In this document: one piece after another, positions 1-13,607 of the stretch
Layout of the letters: each line of letters begins with the position of its first letter
How positions within the stretch are numbered: position 1 is the stretch's first letter
Origin: Lama glama
Taxonomy: Eukaryota
DNA: 64,000 nt
Reading direction: 5' to 3'
NCBI GenBank assembly: GCA_028534125.1
Contig: CM052818.1
Coordinates: forward strand, 30,754,001-30,818,000
The notes under the pieces: generated by a model
Told to the model about the DNA's origin: nothing
Databases searched by the model: none
What the model saw: the letters and a program-made list of their open reading frames with translations, nothing else
Made by a program: the position numbers and the translations under genes

Positions 1-1044
1 TTATCCCCCACTGAGATGCTCCCCTCCAAACTGGTCCCAGGGTCGGCTCCCTATGAGCCTGGCCCCAGTGGCACAGATAGACAAAGAGATAGGACACCCC
101 GACTTGGTTTTCTTTCTAACCCCAGGCAGCAGGGTTGCCAGGAGGACCACCTATGACTGCAGAGGGCTGATGCTCCCCACACGTCCCGACAGGGCCTAGA
201 AAGACGCTCCAGAGACCTACTCACTGAGACACCAAGGTGGCCCCAGTTGACTGAGTGGCCCTGGCCACGGGGGTCCCGAAGCCAGGAGCGCAGTTAGGAG
301 AATGGCATTGAAACCAGCCTCGGGGCCATCAGGGAAGGAGAGCTAAAGTTGGCTGAGGCCTGCCTGTGTGCAGAGGACTCATTAGGCAGGGTCAGCCCAC
401 TCCATCTCATAGCAGCCGTCCGGGGACAGAATCAGCAGCACCGTCAGCTGATGGAGATCTTCCCCGTCTCCCAGAGGAGAGAGCAGAGGTTCACAGAGCT
501 TGTCAGGGATTGGAAATCTGTCAGCTGGATTCCGGAACTCACGCTCATTTCTCTTTACCAGCAATATCTTGTTCAACATCTTACTGCAGGTCAGGAGCTA
601 GGCTAATGGATGCAGAGGCTACTAGGGTGGGTGTGCCAGCTGGATGAGTGGCAGCCCACCAGGACCCCTTTCTCTTGGAGGGAGCATCTGACTGTTCTGC
701 AGGGCAGCTGCCTTCACTTGGCTTTAACCAGAGCACAAATCCCCACCCCAGGCAGAGAGCAGAAAGAAATTCCCTCAGTGCCCAGCTTGCTTGGACTTGA
801 AAGTCACATGACTCCTTCTTGTAACCTGCTAATGCACCCTGCGAGGTTTGTATAAACCCACACCTTTTTCGCTGCTGAGCGGTATTCTTGTTTTGTTCCT
901 ACTTGGTTGTTGGTTTGGTTTGTTTTTTTCTTTGAAGTGGTGTAACTAACACCGGGCCTTGAACTTCTGGAGTGGGGATTGTGCTGTCACTCATTTCTCA
1001 TCTCAGGGCCTCAGTTTCCTCATCTCTAATAATAAGAGGCTTAA

Positions 1045-1360
1045 CCAGACCTGTGCTCTGATACAGAGGTCACTAGTCACAAATGGCTCCTGAGCACTTG
1101 AACGGTGACCCGTCCAAAGTGGGGTGTGCTGTACGTGTAAAATACATGCTAGATTTTGAAGACGGTTCCTGAGAAAGGACGTCAACTTTCTCATTAGTAG
1201 TAATTATATAGATGACATATGGAAATGAAAAGTTATATGAGGGTAAATAAAAATATTTTAGTAAAACTTATTTCACCGATCTGTTTAGTAATGTGGCTAT
1301 TGGAATATTTAAAATATAAAATACAGAGGTGATTTGTGGTTAGTGTCTCATGGACAGGTT
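1045..1360. mobile_element. hAT-Charlie DNA transposon relic (MER33-like)
   Basis: gtgtgctgtacgtgtaaaatacatgctagattttgaagac...aatgtggctattggaatatttaaaat resembles the MER33 consensus as I recall it. Confidence 0.65.
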
Positions 1361-2664
1361 GAACCAGACTTCCTGGGTTCCTTTCCATTTGGGGCCTGAT
1401 TGATTAACTTGCTTGGGGTTAGGTGACAAAGGGGCTTACTGGAAGACTCGAGGTGTCCACAGGGCCCCCTGCCTCTGGCTGCACCTTGGTCTTTTGCTCA
1501 GGGGTCCCTCACAGTGCTGGCCCAAGTGGAATGGGGAAGCCCACAACTGCCCGTGTTCTTGTAAACAACTCACTTCTGTGGCAAAATGTTTGCTCTGAAA
1601 GGAAGTGCATCGGGTCCTGGCCTGTCCTCTCTGCCACCAGTATGAGGAAGAGGTCACCCACACTCTGAGATCCTTCCTGCTCGGGGTGGGCCACGCCCTG
1701 AAGGATGCTGGGCATGGGGCTGATGGCTGAAGGGCAGCCTCAACTTTTGATACTATGGCCAGGAGTATGAGGCCGTCTGCCATGTTATAAAACCTTCATA
1801 AGTGTCTTACCTTCCAAAGAATTGATGCTTTTCATGCCAAGGCTGCCTAAGGAAAGGAGATCAGAAGACAAAAGGGAATTAAGAGCATGTTCTGGACAGA
1901 AATCCATGACCTGGTTAAAAGGCTGACAGCTCTTAGAATACCCAAGAATGGGTGTGATAAGAAGAAACAAAAGAAACAAACACACAGGAAGAAACAAGCT
2001 CACACCTCTCATTGTAAACGTATACTCGGTTGGCAAAGGTCAGGTACTTTTGTGGAGTCAGTGAAGGACTGTAAATGTTAACTGAATAAATACCAGTTAA
2101 AGGCAGGGCTTGTGGGAGAGAGTCAAGCATAAACTCATACCTGTGGGCAGCTGAATGAGGAACTAGCAGATATGAAGGATGATTCAAGATGCATGCAGTC
2201 TGGCCTTTGCCCCACCTGGAGAAGGCCTGGATGTTTCCAAAGAGTGATGGAACAAGCCCTTGAGATGGCCATTGGTCCTCAGCATGGACAGGGCACTGCC
2301 ATGAACACTGGAGAACACAGAGGGGCACATAGCAAGACAGCCTCGAAGGGATTTGTGTCCCATATTCTCATCCTAGAAGTGAGGAAACAGGTCTGTGAGC
2401 AGGAATGACTTATCCGGGATCCCAGCCAGGAGGTGGAGGGCAGGGGCTGAGATCCCAGACTCCTGTTGTTAGGTCCTTGGTCTCAAGGATCCTACAGGAT
2501 GGTGCCATGGAAGCAGCACTGGACTGGACATTGGGGGAACTTGGCCTTAGACTTGAGACACTACAAATGATGTGACCTTGGGCAGGTCATTTTATGTCCT
2601 CTAAGCCTTAGTTTTCCCGTCAGTAAAGCAGGGGACAGGCTAGATGGTCTCTTAGATCTCACGT

Positions 2665-2960
2665 TATGCAGTCAGGATAAGTTAGATTTTGCGGAATAAT
2701 AAACATCCTCCAAATCTCAGTGGCTTAAAAATCAAAGACATTTCTCACTCTCACAGTATGATCATAGCAGGTGTCAGGAGGGTCTCAGGCTGGTGGAAGC
2801 TCTACCTTGACATGTTTCACTGGGGAAGAAAATACGGCAAATTATATAGTGGTTTTTAAAGCTTCTGGCCAAAGATGATACGGATTACTTTCATTCACAT
2901 TTATTGGCCAAAGCAAATCACAAAGTCGGCTACCATATGCCCAGAAGAGGCTGGAAATAT
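2665..2960 (-). mobile_element. Old MaLR LTR fragment (MLT1J/K-like)
   Basis: agtcaggata...caaatctcagtggcttaaaa and cacatttattggccaaagcaaatcaca motifs. Confidence 0.5.
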
Positions 2961-5252
2961 CTGACAGCAGCCCTACCAGCCATGTGGTGCCTACCTTGTG
3001 ACAAAACAGCAGAGAGAGTTGTGTAGGGCAGCGGGGATGGGAGCACTGGCCCCAAGACACCTTGATGGGAGGACTTCATGGAGGAGGCTGCACACTTGAG
3101 AGTCAGGGATTAGAGAGCACTGGATCTAGGAGGGGTGGCGGGAGCAGAAGCAGGGGTGTGGTGAAGGACAAGAAATGCTAACTTAATGGGAAACTGCCTA
3201 GTTTGGCTGAAGTGCAGGTGCACGAATAGTAAGAGAAATCTGAGACCAGATCAGGCAGGGCTTTGATCGCCAGGAGAAGGGGTGTGTCCATGTTTGCTAG
3301 GCCCTGGCACTTCCGAGCAGGTTTGTGAACTTGCTGAGTGGTGTGTGGACGGTACGAGCAGCTCTAGAGAAGGAGCAGTAAGAACAGCACGTGGGCTGGG
3401 GAGGCCAGGTCGGGGGCCGCCACTACCCTCAGGGCTGGAGGTGATGAGGACCAAGGCCCTGAGGCTGCATTCTAGGACAGAGCAGCAGGGGAAGTAGGTC
3501 AGATGGAAGCGAGGCTGCGGGTAGGAGAACCCCACCCACGTCTTGGCACCTGGGACAGATGGCTGAAATTTGGTGATGGCTGATGGTGTCTAAGGAGGAA
3601 GAGGGAAAACTAAAGATAAGCAGGGCGTTTCGAGTATGGATGCCTGGAAGAAAGGAGTGGCGTCCACAGAAAGAAGGACATCGCGGGTGGGAGCTGGTCT
3701 GGAGGGAGGCGGGGAGGTGTACTCAGTCCTGGACGTAACAAGGGGGTCTCTGTTCCCGTCTCTGGGCAGGGGAGCTTGTGGAGAGCAGAAGAGCAGGCTG
3801 TGGAGAGTGCAGCTGGGCTGAAGCAGTCTTTCTGGGAGTGAAATTTCAACCCAGCATCCCCAGAAGCCCCAGAGAGGATCCTTGCGCGGCCTGGCCTGTG
3901 CTCTCTGAGCATGTGCAGATGCCATTAAGCCCGTTTGTCACCTAACCCCATGGGAGTTGTCAGGGTCTGCCCAGAGAGGTTCATGCTTCTAAGGCCACCT
4001 GGGGTCTTCTCAGGAGGGAAAGGGGGTAACCTGAGGCTTGTGGGGGCTCCCTCAACTGAAAGAGGGGAATCAGGCTGAGGGACAGGGAGGGCCCTCCTGC
4101 CTGGTCTGGGGTCATGGTCAAAGGCATGGACAAAGCCAGTGCCAAACAAAGGGCGCCCCATGTGTCAGCTGTCCTTCTCTCATTCCAGCTGGCCTATTTT
4201 GTGTATTTTGTCCCAATCTCAATTTGTCATTTCTATAATGGCTGCAAGTGTCCAGAGTTAATCCAGGAGAGATGTTGACGTGCCTTCCCAGCCCCTGCTG
4301 CTTACGATCCGCAAGGCTCCAAATATGATTACTTAAAGTAATAATGAAAAGCAAAACAGGAAATTCTTATCCGTTTTGGCAGGAAATTCTTTAGCTGCGT
4401 GGAAGGTACTGCTCTGGGGGTCTGTGCCCTCCAGGAACTGCTGGGAGATGATTTATGGTCCAAGATGGCGCCAGTGCCCCCTCAGCTCCCCCCCCCAATC
4501 CCACAATGGAGGAGGGAGGGAACAGCTCAGCTGGACCCTGGGAAGCAGGACCTGCATTATCTCGGAATGTGCATTTCTGCTGATAACATGGTCATTGTCT
4601 CCACTAATAAGTTATGGGCCTGTTTTTGTCTTGCCCTGGAATGGGAAAGTGCCAAATTCAGGCATAATAAAGATGTTCCATTTCAAGTTTGAAAACTTGA
4701 ATTCTTTAGTATTATTTTCTGTGGAATCCTAGGTGATAGGACTTGTGTAAGACGGTTTATGCTGATGGAGGACACACGAGTTCCACGTGCTGTGACAGAC
4801 CCTCTGTATGTGTCATGTTATCGTCTCTAATTTGGGGTATTATTTTCTTCATTTCACGGATGTCAAAATTGAGGCTCGCTGAGGTTAAGCAAACTGGTTT
4901 ACATCACATGTGTAGTAAGATGTGGAACCAGAAGGAATCATGTTTTCAACAGACTCTGAGTTATTTGAGGGCCCAGGCCAGGCTGGCTTTGCTCACCAAA
5001 TGTGTCCCCAGCACCTGGCAGACATGCCTGGAATACAGTAGGTTCAGTCCAAAAAAATTCATTCTCAAATGAGAAAATGAAGGTGTCTGGGAGGTGGGGA
5101 GGCTGCTTATCAGAGGTTTGCTGTGCTATCATCTAAGGCCCCCTTGTTCTGTGCCCATAAGGGCTTCTGATTATTCGTAGTGTGCACAGTGCCAGAGAGG
5201 ACAGATATCATTAAAATGCTGAAGGACTGTTGATTTCTACCAGCAGTTAGTC

Positions 5253-5613
5253 TCATGGGCTGAATTGTGTCCCAACCAAATTTATATGAAGTCCTAACCT
5301 CCGGTACCTCAGAATATGACTATGGTTTGGAGACATAGTTTTAGGGAGGTAATTAAGGTTAAATGAGGTCAGTGGAGGGGTGGGGGCTAATTCAGTATGA
5401 CCAATATCCTTATTAAAAGAGGCAATGAGGACATAGACACACACAGAGGAGAAACCATGTGAAGATACATGGAGAAGACAAGCCAAGGAGAGACGCCTCA
5501 GAAGAAACTTGATCTTGAACTTGCAGCCTCCAGGACTGCGGTGAAATAAACATCTGTTGTTTTAACCACCCCGCCTGTGCTGCTGTGTTCTGGCAGCCCG
5601 AGCAGACTAGCAC
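5253..5613 (+). mobile_element. MaLR solo LTR (MLT1B-like)
   Basis: atgggctgaattgtgtccc...gaagtcctaacctcc...taaatgaggtc...gcctccaggactg...aataaa...ggcagcccgagcagactagcaca. Confidence 0.8.
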
Positions 5614-7371
5614 AGCCAACCTCTCTCTGTGTCTCATTACCAGCGGCCATTACATCCTCATGTGGGCTTCTGGCACATTATTTATTGCACTTTTATCTTG
5701 GGATCTGCATCAGAACAAGGTCAGTGCTGAAAGCGGTCTGAAGCTCAGCTCAAGCTGAGGGTCACGGGCAGAAGATCTGTGTTTGAACCTGCTTGTCCAC
5801 AGACCCTCCTCTCTTCCCCACGGTCTTGAAGATGGATGATGATGCATTGCTTGCAGTCGGAAGATCTGGATTCAGGTCATCGGGCTTTCGTAACTGGCAG
5901 GCTCTTCCACTCTCTGAGCTGGTTTCTTCATCTGTATTTGGCTGGCAAAGGTTTTGATTTTAAGTGACTTTTAAATACTTCCATCTAAAAGGGCATGCAT
6001 TCTCCAATTCACCAGCAACCAGCAGCCCCATTGTCATGCAAGCGTCTGCTTTATGCACTGACGTTCGGGTTTGAACCTCTTCTGTCTCCAGCAGCCCCTG
6101 TGCATATGGTTCTTGGACGGTCTAGCGTGCGGCTTACCTGTGTTTGGCCCCGTGCTTAGGACTATTCTCACGGTGGGGGCATTCACTGTGGCTCGTGCTT
6201 TGCACCTGGTGTCCTGCCAGTTTGTCTGTCTTCACGCCTCCGACTTACTTCAAATTCCACCTTCGTGAACTTGGGACTGCTCACTCTTGTTTCATACCTA
6301 GGTTAGCATTGACTGGTTTTTAGTTTCTCCACGGATCTGACCGACCTCAGCAATTCCATATTCACCCATTCATTCATTCACTCATTCATCCATTCAAAAG
6401 ATACTTGTTGCTGGCTCTCCAGGGTGTCTTTCTATCTCATTGTTACCTCTGGCGCTACTAGCTTACTTGTATGCCCTGAGAATTTGCAAACGGTCTCCAT
6501 TTACCCCTTCTAATTGAATTAGGCTGACGCTGGGAGGTAGGCATTACAGTCTCACCTTGCAGGTAAGGAAGGGAGACTTGGAGCCCTTAAATTACTTAGC
6601 GAGAGTCACGTGGCTAATAGAGCCTGCAGCTACTCTGATTCCAACTTTCCAGGACACCCTGTTTGCTTCTAACTTCTGACAAATAGAAAGAGGAGAGGTT
6701 TGTCAGTTTGGGAGAGTCTCCTAACCTCTAAGAAAAGTGTGCCCAAACCCTGCTCCTGTGAAACCGTGGTTAAAGGAAGTGGACCCAGGATGGGAGTAGG
6801 GAGGGTGCTGGGGGAGATTAGGTGTCAAAGAGGGGTTTGGAGGTGTGGGCTCTGCAAGGATGTGGCCAGACGGGAGTGGAAGGAGGCTGGGGACAGTCTA
6901 GCAAATCACACGTATGCTGCAGACTGAGTGCTTCCTGTGGGTGCAGCATATGGAAGAACGTTCTGATCCAAAGCAGGGACCCAGCCTGGGACCTCGGCTG
7001 TAAGGAGCTGTATTTGTCAGGAGTTTAGGACTAACAAAACAAAAGCTTGAACTTGAGGCGGATGGCAGAGAGTTAGAAGATCAGTGACCAGAAGCTTCTA
7101 GATTGCTGGAATGAGTTAACTAAGAGCTTGAATGAGGAGTAGCTGGAGACAACAAGGCTTCAGCCCGGCATCAAGCTAATGGAGTGACTGAGAATGTGTT
7201 TCTATAATTTATTAACCCACATATTCTTTGTGCACCAAGATCCTTCTCAGTGGGATCAAAATTGGTGCATAGAAAGCATCCAGCCTCCTTTTATGAGTCA
7301 GCCCCTCTACCTCTCCCAGGATCCTGTGATTCTCTCTTTCTGCATCCCTACGCTGTCCCCTTTGCATTTTG

Positions 7372-7485
7372 TAGGATAACCAACACGTTCTGATTTGGTT
7401 GGGACTTGGCTAGTTTTAATAGTGTAAGTCTCACATCCCAGGAAATGACTCAGTTACAGGCAAACCAGGGCCATAGGTCACCCTA
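7372..7485 (+). mobile_element. hAT-Blackjack MITE (MER81-like)
   Basis: 114 bp bounded by imperfect terminal inverted repeats TAGGATAACC...GGTCACCCTA. Confidence 0.7.
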
Positions 7486-10400
7486 AAGATCTTTCCCTCC
7501 ACGGACTCCTTCTTGACCTGTGCATTTGCTGATGAAATCCTCTGCTTAAAGCAGTTCTGCTTCCTTTGTGCTCGTGTTCCATTCTTTTTCATCTATCGAT
7601 TTATACGCCTCTTCACATGTAGTCTGCCATCTCACTGTGTCCTGCCCCTCTTCCAGATGACTCCTGAACCTTCCCCTATCAAAATTCACCAGCCTTTGTC
7701 CTTGATAGCTCTTCTAGTGCATGGAGTACCACCGGGTTCTGAGATCACATTTTCTCTTCTAGCTCTGAAGCTGCTGCTTCTCTGTCTCAGGTCTAGAGAG
7801 TGAGTGCCGCCCCCTCTGCTCTCTCTGCCTATTCAGGACACCCCTCAAGGCTTAGATCTTGGTCCTGTGCTTTCACTGACCCCCATAATGCCTTAAAGAG
7901 GCAGGCAGGTGATATAATCTGTTAGGTAGGCTGAGTAGGGGTGGGGTGAACCAGAAAGTCTGTGCTCCATCTAGAGAGGTGTTCACTTTAGCAGGTTTTC
8001 AAGAGAATCAGCTACCCTTGGTTTGAGTGTTTTTGGAGTTTGGCTGTTACATGAGGTAAATTTGATCCAATCTGGGAATCAAGTATTTCCACCCAAAGGC
8101 ATGAAAGTAAATCTGGATATACCTTAGGCAAGAATTCAGGGTTTTTGAAAATATCCCATCCTTGACTTGGAGAAGAGATCTTGTCCTTGCATGGGGATGA
8201 GAAGGCACCTCCTCACCTAACTTTGCACCCTCCCGCCTCCCAAGCAGCTAATTAAGTTCCTAGTCACAGGGTTCTCACAGTGTAGTCGGGACCTTGATGG
8301 GGACAGGTGAGGACCAGCTGGTCAAGTCCTGGGAGCGTTGTTAACGTGGGAAAAAAATGCTCCTGATGAAAGTCTTTTCACTCATCGAAGACTCATTATT
8401 CTTTCCATTGTAATTAAGGGGCAGAGTGTGGCCACAGTGAGGGCACGATGGTCAGCAACTAATGATCAAGTAGATCACAAGAAATTTCAGACATGAACAA
8501 GGTCAACAGCTTAAATATTTAAGCTATTTTAGTATCTAGTGTCACAAGTCTAGAAAGGACTTTGAAAAATAATTTGTCTCTTCTCCTGGGTCTTTAATGG
8601 GGCTCTATGTAAATAATCTCAGATTTTCTGTATTCTAATTCTTATTATTTCTCTAAAAAATTTGTGTCCTTGCTCCTTTTTAAAGCATTTGTGGGTTTTT
8701 TTTTAAAGGCGATATAGTTGGATATGAAAAGTAGAAGAAGCTGTATCTCTATTCTTGAAAGGTCTCCAGTTACAGCAGGGAGGACAAGACATACATAAGA
8801 ACAGCAGCCCTTGGAAAGACTTGCTGTTGCCAGTCCTGGCCCTGCCACGTAACGGATACCAACCTGGGGCAAGCAAGTCTCAGGTCTCATCTCCGTCCGT
8901 GCAAGGCTGGAGGCTTCTCTGACTGCAGCCCACAAGGGACTCCATTCACTGGTCCTGTGCCAGTCTGTCCAGCACCAGATACCAGCAGGTGGCCCCTGGC
9001 TCGTGCAGGCAGTTTGGGAGGAAACAACAGGAACAGGAGACTGAAGCCTGCCCGCGGTAGCTAACATTCTGGTCAAAAGACAAAATAAAGACACTGCAGA
9101 TCCTCAGTAGACAGCTCAGTCTTGTGTCATTAAGGGTTCAATTTGTGGGTGCATCATGTTCAGGAGAGGGAGAGGTCACTGTGGACCTGTGACCAGGTCT
9201 GAACAGAGGGGAAAGTCGCAACAACCAGAGAGGGCGTCCCCCCTAGCTGCCCTCTGTGGGAGGGGGTTGGCGGCAGCCGCGGGAGGGAAGGGTGTGCAGC
9301 TCTGCCTTGGCCCGAGCGCCACAAAGGGGTGAAGGAGAGGAAGGCAGGTTTTAGTTGTTGGGCACCTCCCCTGTGCTGGGGCCGTTACAGACACCGCCTC
9401 TTTTTATTCTCATGGGAACCCCGTGACAATGGGCGTACTTATCAGTACTTTACAGATGTGGTTCACAGAAGGGTGAGACCACCTACCCAGGTGACAGGCT
9501 GCAGAGGCGCTGGGAACGGGCTTGGTGACTTAGAGAGCTGACGGTTTAAAAAGATGTAAACCTTGTCCTTAGTCATCAAATTGCTCAGCAGGAAGCACTT
9601 TTTAGTGTTGCCTTTCTACAACCGGAATGGCTTACCAGAAACAAGAGATAAAGGTTCAGGGAAGATGTTTTGCAAAGTTGTTCTCAGGCACCCTCCAAAA
9701 CTGTCACACTACCAGAGAAACAGGACAAAAACAGTTATCAGCACCCATACACAAGCACACACACAAATACATACACACAGGGCACACACACAAATGCTCA
9801 CAGCCACTCCCCGCTCTCTCTCTCACACACGCACTCATGCACGTGAATGCTGAAGTCCTGTAGACACGCAGTGCTCCAGTTACAGACTTTGGCAAAATTA
9901 TTGGACTAGGGCCAGAAGCTACAATAATTAAAATAACTGTATGAAGTCCTTATGGGCAGTGAGAAGAGCCAGGGCAAGGGCACTGGAAGGATTATCTTAC
10001 TTTTCATCCTTGTTTAATTAATGCTCTCGGAGAAAGGAGTGGACTGAAATTGATCATTTCCCCCACATCCCAAATCTGCACTGTCTTAGTTTAAAAAATG
10101 ACTCTGGTTTGAGACACATGAATGATACATTTGGTTTTCAAGGGAAACTTTGTTTTTGCACTGGAAGAAAATTAGAGTTCATTTTTAAAAATTTATCTGG
10201 AGAATTGCATTTCCTGAGCTGCAAAGGAAAGAAATTCTTTCCCTTCTCGTGATTTATCTCCTTTTCTCTCAACAATAAGTCATCTTGGGTTACTTTTGTT
10301 CCACGCCCGGATCAAATGAGGCCAACAACAGAGGGAAATGATGGGACATGATGACCTCAAAGCCTGGCCATGGTGGAAGGCAGGCCCTCAACAGGAGCAC

Positions 10401-10727
10401 TGAAATGGGTGCCGAGAAGAGGGGATGGGGACAAGGGGAACCAAGAGCTCCCAAGATGAGCTGCAGTCGTCAAGATGAGGACATTGCAGAAAGTTAACTA
10501 AATGATCACTATGTAAATTTTCCTTCTTTTCTGGACCCCAGTTCCCCCAGCTCAAAACTCAAACAAGCCCTCAAAATACCTAGCAGTCATTGATTTCATT
10601 TTGTCAAAGTAAAATGGGAAAGGAACCAGAGGACCGAATCCCATTGACCCCAGAGTTCATGCCAGATGGTGCTCCCTCTGCTGTGGCAGAGATACTGAGA
10701 TCCATGTGTGCACAGAGGGCCCTGACT

Positions 10728-11010
10728 TTTCTTTCTTGCTTGCTTGCTTGCTTGCTTGCTTCCTTCCTCTTCCTCTTTCTCTTTCTTTAATAGGCTTTAT
10801 TTTTAGAACAGTTTCAGGTTCACAGCAAAACTGAGCAGAAAGTAGAGAGTTCTCATATGCCCTCACCCCCACAATCAGCATCCCCCACCACAGAGGTACA
10901 CTCATTACAATGGATGACCCTCCACTGATGCGTTAGCATCACTCAAAGCCCATAGTTTACATTAGGGCTCACTCTTGGCGTTGTATATACCCTATGTGTT
11001 TTGAAATGTA
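10728..11010 (-). mobile_element. Old L1 3' end (L1MB/L1MC-like) with (TTGC)n/CT-rich tail
   Basis: ttttagaacagtttcaggttcacagcaaaactgagcagaaagta...catagtttacattagggctcactcttgg; simple repeat at about 10730-10788. Confidence 0.7.
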
Positions 11011-11435
11011 TCTTGGTCCTACTTTCTTTCCAGATGTAGTTCCATGTGCATATTAAGGATAGTGACTGCTGATAGATATTGCATCTAGAAGAAATTGGTC
11101 CAGACATGTGGGTGGGCAGGGTTAGGGTTATGACCTTATGACTGTAAGGATACAGAAGCCTATTGCTGGGTGTCTGAGGCTGGGTGGACATGATGTTGTC
11201 CAAAGTCAGCTCCAAGACCTTCGGTTCTATAACCAAGGCCAGACACAATCAGGAACAGGCCTTAAGAAGGCGTATTCCATAAGGAGTGCTGCTTGCCCAT
11301 TCTGCCTACTTTGGCCAGCAGGGTCTTTACCACAATGATTAATTGGGGTTCACTGTGTCCAGCCTTCTATTTGTTTAGAAGTATCTGAAGAGGATTGTTT
11401 TTCTCAAGACTTTTCAAAAATGACAAAGTGAATGA

Positions 11436-11590
11436 TAAAAACTTCTAACTTCTCGTCTGTGCATTCTCCCTCCTCCTGAATATTTGATCATTTTTACAAT
11501 CATTACTCTGAACTCTTTCTCAGGAAGATTGCCTATCTCCACATCACTTAGTTCTTCTTCTGGGATTTTATACTGTTCCCTTGTCTGGAA
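11436..11590 (-). mobile_element. L1 ORF1 N-terminal fragment (inverted relative to adjacent L1)
   Basis: Translates to QTREQYKIPEEELSDVEIGNLPEKEFRVMIVKMI, typical of the laurasiatherian L1 ORF1p N-terminus. Confidence 0.8.
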
Positions 11591-12596
11591 AATATACAAA
11601 TAGCTCATATAGCTTAATATCAAACAAACAAACAAACAACCCAATCAAAAAAGTGGGCAGAAGACCTGAATAGACAAGACATACAAATGGCCAACAAGCA
11701 CATGAAAAGATGCTCTACATCACTAATTGTTAGATAAATGCAAATCAAAACTGCGAGATACCACCTCACACCAGTGAGACTGGCCATCATTAAAAAGTCT
11801 ACAAATAGTAAATGCTGGAGAGGATGTAGAGAAAAAGGAACCCTCCTACACTGTTGATGGGAATGTAAATTGGTGCAGCTACTATGGAAAACAGCGTGGA
11901 GGTTCCTTAAAAAACTAAGAGTAGACTTACCATATGATCCAGTAATCCTACTCCTGGGCATATATCTGGAGGAAACTCTAATTCAAAAAGATACATGCAC
12001 CCCAATGTTCATAGCAGCACTATTTACAATAGCCAAGACATGGAAGCAACCTAAATGTCCATCGACAGATGAATAGATAAAGAATTTGTGGGATATATAT
12101 ATATTGAAATATATATATAAAATGAAATACTACTCAGCCATAAAAAGGAATGAAATAAGGCCATTTGCAGCAATGTGGATAAACCTAGACATGATCATAT
12201 TAAGTGAAGTAAGTCAGACAGAGAAAGACAAATATCATATGATATCACTTATATGTGGAATCTTTAAAAAATGATATAAATGAACTTATTTAAAAATCAG
12301 AAATAGACTCACAGACATAGAAAACAAACTTATGGTTACCAAAGAGAAAGGAGGGGAAGGGATAGGTTGGGCATTTGGGATCGACATGTGCAAACTGCTC
12401 TGTGTAGGGTGGATTAACAGCAGGGACCTGCTTCATAGCACGAGGAGCTGAGTTTCGTATCTTGTAGTAGCCTATAGTGGAGGGGAATCCGAGAAGGAAT
12501 GGATATATGTGTGCAGAGCTGAATCACTTAGCTGTACACCTGAAACTAGCCCAGCATTGTAAATCAACCATGCTTCAATTAAAAAATAGAAAAAAA
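11590..12596 (+). mobile_element. 5'-truncated L1: ORF2 C-terminus, 3' UTR and A-rich tail
   Basis: [23 protein letters not shown]...CTPMFIAALFTIAKTWKQPKCPS and YYSAIKRNEI...ILSEVSQTEKDKYHMISLICGI; ends cttcaattaaaaaatagaaaaaaa. Confidence 0.93.
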
Positions 12597-13607
12597 TTTG
12601 AGAATATAGAATGAGATCTACATGGTTTATTTAACTATTAACTATGTCTGGCACATAATATTTATATAATAAACCATATATAATATACAATGTGGCTCTC
12701 ATATTGAATGTGATTCCTCTTCACTAAAGAACTGGTGACACTTTAGGGTGAATGTGCCACCGAAGAGGTAGCTGACTGGTCACGGACGGCGCCCTGGGTT
12801 TCACACTCTTCCTCCCGTCAGTGTTCCAGGAAGTTGCTACCCGTCCTCGGCCGCTTGGAGGCGGAAACCAGCTGTGGGCGCCCTGATCTCTGTCAGATTT
12901 CCTTTAGTTGCCCTAGTTCTTTGACATCCACCCATCTTCTATTATATCCTGTAAGCCTTCAGTTTAAAAAAATAAATCTCGTTCTTACCACAAGGGCTTT
13001 TATAGCAAACGTAGAAAAGTCTGCCTCTATATGCAGTGGTTCCGGACTTCTACTTAAGGACAGCATCTTCATCAATCTGCTCCTAAGGAAAGGTCCTTCC
13101 CTCTGATGCTTACTTTTTGGGAAACTGGCTGGAGCTGCAACCCAGGAAAGGATATTCTCTCCGTCATCTGTGGTCTCCATCTCTCTCTGAGCTGTGGCAC
13201 GACCCAACACAGGGGGGATTGCTTTCAGTAAGAAAAGAAGACATTGCAAAGCGAGAGTGATTTGAAAAATGGTCTCATTCTGCACAGAAGAGTGGTTCCT
13301 TCTCCTCACTTACTAATAAACAACCCTCTGGCTGGAGCTGCATGAGGTGTAACAGTTCTGGAACCATTTGCCTGTCCCCTGTGTTCCGGGACTCCAGCTC
13401 CTCTCAGGAATTGAGAGTGGCTGGCCGAGTAAGCCTGGTGCCATGCGGCAGGTATTTTCTGGCAAGGCCACTGCTCCTGTTTGCCTGGTCAGCTGCCTAG
13501 TCCCCAAGAGGCCAGCCTCTGATGGGATTTGTCACCAAGCAGCTGACCGTTCAGGTGTGCCGACCGGTATTTACTGGGCAGCTTCTATTTTCCAGACCCT
13601 TCTCTCT

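Noticed and set aside
11415..12620. Target-site duplication around the inverted L1 (…gaatgat / …gaatgagat)
   Set aside because: Similarity is too short and gapped to call.
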